In this document: in pieces, positions 12,854-23,990 of the stretch
Position numbering within the stretch: position 1 is the stretch's first letter
Layout: each line of letters begins with the position of its first letter
From: Lama glama
Taxonomy: Eukaryota
Assembly (NCBI GenBank): GCA_028534125.1
Contig: CM052817.1
Coordinates: 61,444,001 to 61,508,000, forward strand
Reading direction: 5' to 3'
Length of the DNA: 64,000 bases
Translations under genes and position numbers: made by a program
Notes under the pieces: generated by a model
What the model was told of the DNA's origin: nothing
What the model saw: the letters and a program-made list of their open reading frames with translations, nothing else
Database searches by the model: none

Positions 12854-15761
12854 GTAGGTGGCCAAGGGTGCTTTCTGCTTTTGTCAAAACTCTTCTTTCA
12901 GGCAATTTCCAGGCAACATCCCCCCCAAATCAGCTGTTCTTTGAAGGAAGGGAGATGAAGTTTTGTATGCTTCATTAGCATGTAGCTTTATGTTATATAC
13001 GTATAGCACTTTCTGCAAGGCAATTATAGGTTAATCCAAACCTAATTATGCATTTTGACATGTTATGAACCCTGTCACCTACTCTGTAACTCTTTTTTTC
13101 CAACTCTTGACACAGCGAGGAGCAGCTGGCACTTATAATGCAGAGCAATTCTTGGATCTTTCTTCCTCAATTTTTCCATCCTTTTATTAGCCACCAAAGG
13201 TTTAAACAGAATGGTTGCAGTTACATCAGCTTATGTATCTCATGCTAAAGAGAGAGGAAATGAGAAGTTGGTAGGAAGCTTTTTTCTAGGGAGTAGTCTT
13301 AAGACAGAAAACAAATTAGCTTTGACTCATGTCTGTGTGTGATGCACTAGCCTAGGTCAGATAGCTGAACAGTATTCTTTTCAGATAAACTTATACTAGA
13401 ATTTAGTCTTTATAAGCAAGCAGTAATGAGAGACAGTAACATTAAGGGATGCTTAAAAAGCAGAAGCAAATTGGAGAGTATTTTCATTATAAAGATTTTT
13501 CTAAAATAAATAGGTTTAAAGCAATGGATACTAAATATATAAGGTTAGCAGAACTTTTTGAAAATCTATCCCTTATAGTTTTCCCCTTTTGGTGGTATAG
13601 GTTTTAGAAAAGATGGTTGAAGTCTGCTTTCAATAGCCTCCATTTATAGATGGTCATTTTATTCTTTTTGGAATTCAGTGACCATACTTTAAGCCAAAAT
13701 CATTTTGGTAAAATCATTTTGATCAGATTTATTGTGACAAAAATGTCTTTTTAAAAGGAAAACAAAAGGAAATAATCTACATACGTGCTTGTTTTTACCA
13801 ATGCTGGTTCCCAGGAAAATATAATTAAAATAATTGTGTGGAGAGGTTCTTTCTGAGCTAATCCCTTCTGAATGTTAATTCATGTAATGAAGGGGCTGTG
13901 CTTTCATAGCGCTGCTGTCATGGCAACCTGGGGGCTTTGAAAAAGAAGGTGGCAGGGGTCCAGGCGGCTGCTGAGAACAAGGAGCAGGTCTGGAAGGACA
14001 GATACTGGATCTTACATGTGGTTTTGTGGTTGTGGGTGGCTTTTTAAAGTTGTACTCTATATATTGAGGAAAATTAGTGTCCTTCAAAGAATGTTATTTC
14101 TCCTTTCATGGGAGGAAGAGAAATAGTATGTAGTGTTGAGGTATGTGTGGCTCTGTTTATTATTTTTTAGTATGTCTATTTGAAGACAGTAGATTTTAGA
14201 ATAATCAAAGTAGGTATCCTGAAAAGCCAGATGCTACCTGTCAAAGGCTAGCCTCATGGAAAACTAAAAGCAGAAGTTTACCATGTTTGTGAAGTTCCAG
14301 GTGCAGTAGGAAAAAGTCCTTTGAAGGACATGTTGGCGTTAAAAATCTTTTCTCCTTGCTAACACTTCTTGAAATTTTATAAGAAGGATTTCTTTGTGGA
14401 AAATTATAGAGATAAAGCCAAATTGAGGTTACAGAAAACTCTACATGGAAAATAGGTGAAAATACCAAGCTTAAATTTTGTGTTTTATGAATACAGCTTT
14501 GGTGATTAAACTTGATTTAAAGATTATTATTTTCAGGCTGATGCTGTAGACAGCGGTGTAGTTACAGGGCCTTTACAGTGGCTTCTTAATCAGTCGACAT
14601 GTGATCATTGAGCACATGCCTGGTGCCCAGCACTGTTCAAGATTCTGGAGAAGAGGGATTGTTACATGGTTTGCATCATTAACAAGCAAGTAACTGCTTT
14701 GTATTTGCAAACCGATTGCATTTGAGAATAGCTTAATTTCAAACGTTGTCCAGACATAAGCACAGTGAAAACTTTTACTGTGAAAACAAAATGTGCTGTC
14801 TAAGACAGATTTGCAGTGCTCTCTCCACATTTAGATCAGAGAGATCCAAAATAATATTTACTGTTTTACTAGTCAGTGATGTGTCATTTTGATGAGCAGG
14901 TGTTTTGTGGTATTGATGAATGTATTTCCTCCATCAGGTGTCAAATTGTTTCCCTGAAATCACTGTCATGCTTTTTACTAATTCTGTGATTATTAAATTT
15001 TCTGTATTTTTATAGTGTTACAAAAGATCTGCAACAGAACTCTTTCATAGTTGAGAATTGTTACTTTTCATTAATTACTTTTCATTTTAAAAATATTATA
15101 TGGCAGTAACCAAAAATTAGGCGTTTAGAGGATGTAAAAAGTTAAATGCGTAAGTTATCTGTTTCTTCAAAGCAGAAAGACTTTTAGTCTTTAAGTGATT
15201 TGATAGGCATCCCACTTAAATTTATATAGGATTAATAAGCATAAGACAAACAAGTGCTTATTAATTATACATCAACCTGAGAAATAGTTATACATCCTAA
15301 TAGTATGAAATCTAATAATAATGTTGATATTTTAAAACTATCTCTTAATAATACTATGTTAGCAATCTTGTTCCTTCTTATAAATCATAATGAACAAGGG
15401 ACAAGGGACTTTTAAGAAATTTTTAGTTTTTCTTCAACATATACCAATTACTAGTCTTAGTTTACTGTTTTCTTTACTACCTTACTCAGAGCAGAATGGA
15501 ACTTTACATTCCAGACTGGAAGGGAAACTATTTTGCATCAGGTAGTATAAGTGATATCCCTTTTCCCTTTTCATGTGCCCTTGCATTATAATGTGCCACT
15601 GCTTTCAAGAGGTAAGTCTTTCAGGTATCCTTCATTAATTTTAATTTCACTGGACTGCAGTTTCTTCTAACAGTTCCTATGTGGTATTTTGAAAAATCTG
15701 GCCTTGGAATATGCAAAATATGTTACGGTAGTAATGTTTTTACATGCTTTTCTCTTTGCAG

Positions 15762-15778
15762 AAAACAAAAGTGACAAA
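15762..15778 (+). CDS. PDLIM5: PDLIM5 17-nt microexon, KTKVT(N)
   Basis: tttctctttgcag|AAAACAAAAGTGACAAA|gttagt. Matches recalled ENH4 peptide KTQVTN. Phase 0 to 2. Confidence 0.85.
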
Positions 15779-18700
15779 GTTAGTATCCACATTACTGGAG
15801 AGGAAATATGGTGATTTATATAATGAATAAACAGCATGAATGCCCGATTTTTGCAAAATTAAGTTAAATTTTGCAAAACAGCTATAATTTAGAATAACCA
15901 CATTTAGTTTTTTCAAAAAGTTTGGTTTGCATTGCTATGTTGTAGTGAATTGCTTTATGGTAATTAATAGTAATGTTTAACTTTTGTCATAAAATATATG
16001 TGGGGTTTGCTGTGTAATGGTTTAAAAGAGGTAATGTTTGGGATAATTTGTATCAGTCAAGACTGTTAGAAAACAAAGGTAGAAGAGAGAGCATAAATAT
16101 ACGTACCACTAGTGAACAGCCTATATAAAACTGAGTTGATTTCCAAATTTATATTAAAACCCATTGTTTCTCAGGTAAAGTCTCAGAGAACTTTTTTGAT
16201 TTTTCTGACAATGTTGTTGAAAGGTTTAGAACTTTAATATATAGTCGTGTGTCACTGGAAGATAGAAAGTCTATACACCTTTGAAATTAGTTAAGAGACA
16301 ATTACTAGCTTGTTAAATGTCACAGGTAGTTGGGAGAGACACTGGAAATTACTGTGGTATAACTTCTAAACCTTGCTTTTGTGTCTGTTGGTATTGACAG
16401 TAAACTGGTGATTACTTGCTTTAAAAATAGATTAAAATCATATTAGGTAAGAACTTTAATTTTGTGTTACATTACTATAGATAGAATTGGAAATGTGGAA
16501 TATCTATCTTAGACACACTGAAGGGAATTAACTATTGAATTATTAAAGCAACTTTATCCCAGTGTGGCTGTGGTCTCAGTAATTGAGTAGTTTCATGTTA
16601 TAGACACATAGGAATATTGCACCCAATGCACTAGAGGAACATTCCCCAAACCCTGATTTATTGTTTTCTATTTAAAGTTAGTCTTACACACAAGGACTTC
16701 TGCTAGTTACTAGGTTCCAGTGTTAACAATTTATTAACAGTTTGACTTGTAAGGGGGAAAAATGGGTCTTGGAAAAATAAATTTAAGCATTTAGGTTAAA
16801 TACATATATATTTTTTAATTCTTCAAAGATTCATTACTTTATTATTATTATGCATTGTGCTAGATGTTTTTAAATGCACTATGTGATTGAATTCTCATTT
16901 AAACTTTGAACCTTGAGAGGGTACTTAAATTTCTCAAGTCATGTAGCTTGCAATTGAGCTAAGATTCAAGCCTAGGTTTTTTGAAGCCAGATTTTGGTGT
17001 GCCTTGCTCTGTATCACTTGTTTGTGACCTAGGCTTATTTCTGTTACTTTGAATAAGTATTTGTTTTTAATGGTTATAGACTAAATTGAGTGAATTGAGG
17101 CTACATGAGTGAATAATGTGCATAAACTATAGTTGGGTTTGGTAGTGTTTCTTTTACATTGTGCAGTTGGAGGATCTGTTCTAACAACAAACCTGTATTG
17201 GCATATTTTTCAGAGGGCCTTCAGATATGAAAACATGTGCCCTTACAAGAGGTCTGAAAGATGCAGCAATTGTCATTCATTTCAATGTTGAGGAAAAAGA
17301 GGCTTCTGGAGATTGCACCTTGTCTGGGCACAGGGGAAGTGGGCAGCATAGCCAGGGTGAAAAACCATGTCATCTGACTGTCCTGATGACACATATGCCA
17401 CTGTGGTGTATGATGGGATGTTCCACTTGGGCACATTTTCTAAAATTCATGAAAGTATCTGTTCAACATATTAAAATTGGCATCTTTAGGCTTTAGCCAA
17501 TCAACCCTCTGCTGGCTACCACCCAACACACTGTAGAATATTTCCTCCTCAACTTCATGTGGACGTAAAACTTTTCCCCTAAACTTTAAAATGTCTGAAT
17601 ATATATTTAAAATTGTATTCTGGTCAGAAGAGGTTATTTTGAAAAACTATTTCTCTGCTATTTAAAATAACAAAGCAGAGGAGAAAATGCTTTGCATTAT
17701 GGCTTAGAGAAGAATAAATACCCATAAATTACTGAGATTAACTTAATCCTGCGTCTCACCCCATCTCAGCAAAACTCAGCCCTCTATTGAGTTTTGAAAC
17801 TAACTTTGACATGTGGAAATATGGCTTCTTAGTATTCAGACTGGTAGACAGTTTTTCTCGCTATGTTTATAATCAGTTATTACTGTGACTAAAGTTTATT
17901 GCAGTAAGATTGATTCAGCATTGTGTTGAGAACTATATAGAGCTTATACTTGAGTCTTCTATGCATAATGGAATGTGAATATATTTGTTTTTAACAATTC
18001 TGCACTTAATAGGCTTTGAGAATGAATTCTGTTTTCACTCTTTAGATGTTATTAACCTAGTTCTTTTACCATATCATATCAGCTATGCCTTTCTGGGCAA
18101 TGATTAGATTGCTGATCATACAGAACAGTGGAGTTCCTACAAATCAGTTCTGAACGTCCTGAAATCTGCCTTGTTAAGAGGGCAGTAGTAATGATGAATA
18201 GGGAAGAGTCTGAAAATTGAGTAACAGCCCATTATTTGTGACCTGCCGCTTCATGTATTTTTCATCATAATCACTACATTTTAAAAAATAAGAGAAGATT
18301 TTCAAAGAGGATATCATTCCTTTATAATATATGATTCAGGATAATTTATGTGAGAAGATTACACTTGCTGTTAATGTATACTGCTTATATTATGTGAGAC
18401 TAAAAGATTTTCTCTTAGTCTGTTCTGACTTTAAAAGTGATTCTAAAATGATCTGTTTTTACATCTTATGTCTACTTTATATTTTAATCTCTGCCTTTTG
18501 TTAGGAACACAATAGGAATTTGGATTCACTCTAAAATGAATTTTATAAAAATCTAGAAAAATTTTAAATAGTGGATCTTTATCTCTTGGTATTAGTAACT
18601 TGAGACTTGAACTAGCATTCATATATAAAATATTTTTTGTTGATTTTGGAAGCCAAAAAAAAAACCCCCAGAAAACTGTTGTCCAAATAATAACAGTGTA

Positions 18701-18945
18701 ACAGAATTTTGACTAACACTTGTTCATTTTTGTTTGTCTCTGTTTACGTGATTATTTTGAAGCATGATGTTTGGTGTAGCATCTTCATGTAAATTAATTG
18801 TTTTGAATTTTGCTATTTCATTTTTCTTTTTCTTCTCTCTTTTTTTTTTTTTTTTGGTCTCATCTTTGTTTTCCATCATCCTGGGGACATCAATGTCTTC
18901 TCTACTCTATCACGTCTTTTTGTGTGTGTATTATTCCTCCTTCAG

Positions 18946-18960
18946 TAACCCTGGCACTGT
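18946..18960 (+). CDS. PDLIM5: PDLIM5 15-nt microexon, NPGT(V)
   Basis: ttcctccttcag|TAACCCTGGCACTGT|gtaagt. Matches recalled NPGTV. Symmetric phase 2. Confidence 0.88.
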
Positions 18961-20139
18961 GTAAGTATCTAATCAATGATTTCTTTTCTAATTTTCAACA
19001 TTGTCTCTCTGTAACCTTCCATCTGGCTTTCAACTTAACACCATCAGCAAATTTTGTTAGTATCTTCTCATTGCATAAAATGTTCAAATATGTTAAGGAG
19101 CCTAGGAAACTTGTTTTTCACGCCAGAGAACTTTGTAAGAATTAGTGTGTGTATTTTAGAAAACCCACACTTATGCAGTGGAAAATCTTAGTAAGCTAAA
19201 CCTTCAGGAAGATAGATCAGCACTATGGACAGTATATACGGGAGTTAAAGATGTAGTTGGGGCCTCCCTTGTTAAGTATTTTTTTTAATATGAATAAACT
19301 TGCTAATTTTGAATGTCTATATTTTGAAATAAATTATTTTCTCTTGATAGTTAAATTTATATTCTATCCCAAATACATTCAAAAAATAAAATTGTTGAGA
19401 TTATTCTTTTCTTTAATCATAGTCATCAGAGTTTGGAGTTTCAAAGCCAGTAGATGTTTAGAAACTTTCTATCACTTGACACAATCTGAAACTGTGGTGA
19501 ATGTCAAAAGAGTCTAGGATGTACTATACTTTTTGCAAGTGTGTCGTGGCTAAAAAGTATTTTTTAGTAGTGTCATTTTATTAATCTTAGTCTTAGCTTG
19601 ACATAAAACTTTTCGTTTTGTATTTTTATAGTCCAAACCTTTTGTAGAGAATAAAGTAGTCTTATACCTGAAATTGGCACCTTTTAAGAGTAAGCAATAC
19701 TTACTGACTATTTAAAATTATGATAAATTTAGTAGCTTAACGTTTTTCAAGTAATTGCATAAGATAAACTGTTGTCTGTTTAGGAATGGCCAAAGACAGT
19801 GTATTTATGATATAATCTATGTTTATTATTTTATAATTTTTAAAAATTATGTCTACTTTAAGAAGATTAAGAGGTTTTGTTTAATATTAGTTAAACGTGT
19901 TTTTGATAATTCACCTCTAGAATATTAAAATTTTATCATAAATCATAATAATTTTAATTACTATTGTAATATGCTATTAAATATACCACTAAATGGTATT
20001 AAAACACTATTATTAGTATTGTAAGTAAATACTATTGATCTGTTCTATATATATATAGATGACCTATAGTCTTAGAACATGCATTGCAAATAATTTTTCT
20101 GGTAATCGTTAAGGAACACATTATGTGATCATTACTTTG

Positions 20140-20335
20140 TGTTAGCTACTGTGTGGAAAGCACTTTACATACTTTAACCTGTCTTATTTATTCCTCAAAA
20201 CGACCTTTTAAGGTAGATGGAATCCCCATTTCTCAAATGGGAAAAATTGGGGCTTGGAGAAATTAAATGACTTGCACAAAACACGCACTGAGTGAAGGAT
20301 GTATGTTTAGAACTATTATCTGACTCCAAAGCCAG
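20140..20335 (-). mobile_element. MIR SINE remnant
   Basis: aagcactttacat...ccccatttctcaaatgggaaaaattggggcttggagaaattaaatgacttgc...tgactccaaagcc. Confidence 0.6.
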
Positions 20336-20779
20336 TCTTAATGTTAATTCTATCATGTTCTTCACTGGACAAAAACTCTTCTAGTGTATTGAGACAGTTT
20401 TGATACTGTCCCTGTTAAAATGACAGCAGTCACGTGGCATCCTGAAAGCACTGTGATTTTCTAGCAGAGTTACACCTAGCAGGTGTTGTCATCCACATCT
20501 GACACTCTTTGGCCACTTTATCTGCTTAGGTCTTGTGCCAGTTGTCTGCTAGTCCAGACTCAGGTTCCTTTTTGTCTTTTGAAACTAAACTCATAGCCTC
20601 TAAAAGTTTGCATTATACTATTTGTGGGGGAGAGGGTTGAGAAGGGAAGGAGTACTTATTAAGTTACCTAGATCTTGGGTTAAAGTGTTAAAGTCATGTA
20701 CACTGTGAATTCCTTAATGTTTATACTTTATTAATAGAAAACTTAGTGTTCTTAGCAAGCTCAAAGTTTTTGAACTCTG

Positions 20780-20950
20780 TAGTTTACAAATCCCTTTCAC
20801 ATACATTATTTCATCTAATCCTGAGAACAGTGTTACTTTATATGTGATATTCTTGTCTTATAAATGAAAAAACTGAGGCTTAGTGAGGTTGACTTGTCCA
20901 AAAATCACATATCTGAAAAGTCATAGACCCAGATTCATATCTTGGTCTTT
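20780..20950 (-). mobile_element. MIR SINE remnant
   Basis: tttcacatacattatttcatctaatcct...aaatgaaaaaactgaggcttagtgaggtt. Confidence 0.6.
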
Positions 20951-21406
20951 TAATAAATATTTCATCGGTTTCTGATACACCACAGCTCTTCCTCAGTGTG
21001 CTGATCCTTCACACAGCTTTATTTAGGATGAGGGATATTTGTACACATCAATGAGAAAACCATAGAAAATAACAGTTCTGACCTTTTTCAAAATTGTTAT
21101 TGGAATTGCCGGTTTGCCCTGTACTAAACCACTCCTGGTTCCTGGACCTAGTGAGGAAATGGTCATTTAATTTTGTGAAAGCCAACACATTTTAGCAGCA
21201 TGTGGGTATTTAACGGTGGTTATGAATATAATCCATATCTGTTTTGTTAGCCATAGGATGAACAATACAAGTAATTTTGAATTGTTTGATTTTAATTACT
21301 GTGGACTTTTCAGTTTCTTGTTATTTTCCTTCTTTTCTTATTCTTTTCTTTTCCTTTTCTTCATGTTGGAAATCTCTCTTCTGGGCCTTCTTCTGTCAAT
21401 TAAAAG

Positions 21407-21424
21407 GAAAATCCCACCTAAACG
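21407..21424 (+). CDS. PDLIM5: PDLIM5 18-nt microexon, KIPPK(R)
   Basis: taaaag|GAAAATCCCACCTAAACG|gtaacc after a long pyrimidine tract. Matches recalled KIPPKR-PPRKH junction. Symmetric phase 2. Confidence 0.88.
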
Positions 21425-21703
21425 GTAACCTTTCTGTTAAATAGATACTTATACTATTATTTTGTATTAGCATATAAGTATCTTTTTTTTTTTTTTACTA
21501 GTTAAGAAACCTAGTCTGCTTTATTTTAGAAGGGTTTTTTTTTTTTTTAGAAAAATTGATGCTGAGGATACTTGAAAAAGCAAAATATGTTAAAGGAACA
21601 TTGAGGATAAAATGTATAAATTATGAACAACACAGAAGAGGGTATTTTATCTTTAACATAATTTAAATTTTTTTAATCCTGTTTTTTTCCTTCTTAACCC
21701 TAG

Positions 21704-21876
21704 CCCACCAAGAAAACACATTGTGGAGCGCTATACAGAGTTTTACCACATACCTACTCACAGTGATGCCAGCAAGAAGAGACTGATTGAGGATACTGAA
21801 GACTGGCGTCCACGGACTGGAACGACTCAGTCTCGCTCTTTCCGAATCCTCGCCCAGATCACTGGGACTGAACATC
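21704..21876 (+). CDS. PDLIM5: PDLIM5 exon, 173 nt, PPRKHIVERYTEFYHIPTHSDASKKRLIEDTEDWRPRTGTTQSRSFRILAQITGTEH
   Basis: Acceptor ttcttaaccctag, donor C|gtaagt. Contains the DASKKRL..DTEDWRPRTGTTQSRSFRILAQ motif shared with LDB3/ZASP. Phase 2 to 1. Confidence 0.97.
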
Positions 21877-22235
21877 GTAAGTGAATAACTAGGCTTCTAA
21901 TAGATAAATATTCTTTGCCACGGAGGGTAGCATTTAGGGTGATGGACAATTACTGGAGAATAGTAATTTTCCTGAGACAGTCTGCTTTTAAATTATGCCA
22001 TGCCTAATGGTATTGAAAATGAGAAACCAGCCCAAGAGTGTTATTATGGAAAGTGTAGAAGTAGTGTAGTTGTAGTACTGACTGTAGTCTGTAGCCAAGG
22101 ACAACACGATGGGGGTCTTTTTAGTGGCTCTGTGCAACTTGACCATTTGGTATTAACTGATAACAGGTAATTGCTTAAGTGATTTTAAAGTTAAAAAAGG
22201 CAAACTAACATTGGATATTGCTTATTATGTTTCAG

Positions 22236-22272
22236 TGAAAGAATCTGAAAGTGATAATACAAAGAAGGCAAA
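22236..22272 (+). CDS. PDLIM5: PDLIM5 exon, 37 nt, (L)KESESDNTKKA(K/N)
   Basis: Branch-like actaac at 22204, acceptor tttcag, donor AA|gtaagt. Matches recalled human LKESEADNTKKA. Phase 1 to 2. Confidence 0.96.
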
Positions 22273-22828
22273 GTAAGTAGTCCATTTTTTGGTAAATTGA
22301 ATGCTTTTTCTCGTGAATGGTTGCAATTTGTTCTTTTCACCTTTTTGGTGTAATGGTATGGCATTTTGTCTTTGCAGCTGGAAACTAAGCTTAACTTTGG
22401 TGCCTTTTATGGGACTTACATGTACAACTTACAGATTTTTAAATTAGTAGATATTGTCGGATTTTGTGTCTAAGGCTTATTTTTCTTTAGTACTGCAGGA
22501 AGTGGGCAGAAGGGTATATTAGGGGGGTGCTTTGCTAACACTGCAGGTCTCTGTGAATGGGTTCGTGTGTTGTCTTGCAGTCTCTTTATTTGGGAATAAA
22601 AATTGAAGTTTCCATGAGGGTTCTGTAGATTAATTTCTGTATTTCTGAAAATGCTCTACCCTTAAAATCTTTGCTGTTAAAGCAGCTCTGTGAAATTCAG
22701 CTTTTATAAAGGCATGTTTTTTGCATGATGAACTAAGTGTAGAAACTTTTCCTTTCTCTTTCTTATGACTCTTCTATCACTTTCTTTTTCTTTCTTTCTT
22801 TTCTTTTTTTTTTTTTTTATTTCCACAG

Positions 22829-22922
22829 GGAAAAGATACCCCTTCACGTCTTTAGTCCCAAATACACAAAATTACGTGACTGGCACCATGAAGTTTCAGC
22901 ACGTGCTCTTAACGTACAGTGA
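22829..22922 (+). CDS. PDLIM5: Coding part of the alternative terminal exon of LIM-less short ENH isoforms, (K)EKIPLHVFSPKYTKLRDWHHEVSARALNVQ*
   Basis: ~80-nt pyrimidine tract, acceptor ttccacag, TGA at 22920-22922. Matches the recalled ENH2/3/4 C-terminus. Confidence 0.94.
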
Positions 22923-23970
22923 TTTCTGAGCCTTGCTCCCCCAAGCAGTCAGCACATACCTTTCATTCACTTTTTTCTTCTCCTCCACCTTCATAGCAAA
23001 ATCTGTATTAAGTTTGCCGTATGAAAGAAAAAGTAGAACCTTTTCTATACTTTCCTAACCATTTACTGCTGTCATGAAAACAAAGAGGATGAACGTGTTT
23101 TGTGCTAGTTAGTAGCTCAAAAATGTTAAACCAAGAGAGCAAATTAAGGAATTAGGTATGTTCAATGGATTTACATCTTTTTTATTGTTACTACGATAGT
23201 AGCCTTGGAAAAGGAACTCTGTAAGTGGACTTTGGTTGGTTCTTTGAAGCAGAGGTAGATGAGTAAATAATGTCCTTGTCTCATTTGGAAAATACTTCCT
23301 TTATGTTATTTCATTTCCCAAGGTTACTTTTAAGTTCATTATTACATAATGTTCAAAGTAGGTTGTCAACTGTTCTAAATAAGCAAATATGAGGAGGCAA
23401 GATAAAACAGAAAGGACTTTATTAGAATGGAATTCATTATAGATTTGGGTATTTTTTAAAGCAGACACTATTGAGAATGGCTATATGAGAGCAGGGAGTC
23501 TAGATTTGGCTCCTAAAATAAGGAAAGAAGAGAATTCTGTCCCTACTGGCAATGGGGAATATCATGTTCTTTTGGTTTGAGTACTTTTAAAAATCCTATT
23601 TTCTACCAAAGGAAGTAGGTCTAAACTGGTGGATTTGTTTAGGGTATAGACAACTTCTAAGTATTAACTAGTAAGATATAGAAAAGATAGCTTTGCTTTG
23701 TTTCTAAATCAGAGGAAATGAACATAAAATAAATTGCAGTATGAATGATTCTTTATGCAACATCAGAGATATTTTACTTAGTGATATAAACTATTGTGCA
23801 TTGCTGCTATTCCTGAGAAGCTCTGTTTTAGGCAATACATGCAAGCTAAATATCTGACCAGAATGCTTTCTGTCTTGTAATATAATGTATTATATATTAG
23901 ATTAAATTCAATGATAAATGCATTTTGAAGTTTGGAAAAGTATTGTAATAAAGTTGCCTTTAACTTAGCT
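22923..23970 (+). other. PDLIM5: Putative 3' UTR of the short PDLIM5 isoforms (end approximate)
   Basis: Follows the stop codon, AT-rich with no obvious repeats, ends near AATAAA at 23947. Confidence 0.55.
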
Positions 23971-23990
23971 TTGTACTTGTTTTCTGTTTC
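23947..23990 (+). terminator. Candidate polyadenylation signal AATAAA with downstream GU/U-rich element
   Basis: AATAAA at 23947-23952, then ctttgtacttgttttctgtttcc about 20-40 nt downstream. Other AATAAA at 23728 and 24041 lack such a clear downstream element. Confidence 0.6.

Noticed and set aside
16421..16430. MEF2-type TTAAAAATAG site (also 8324-8333)
   Set aside because: Expected by chance in AT-rich sequence; no supporting cluster.
22378..22513. Extra exons at acceptor-like sites tttgcag|22378 and tctttag|22491
   Set aside because: No frame-preserving donor and no recognised peptide; unsupported without RNA-seq.
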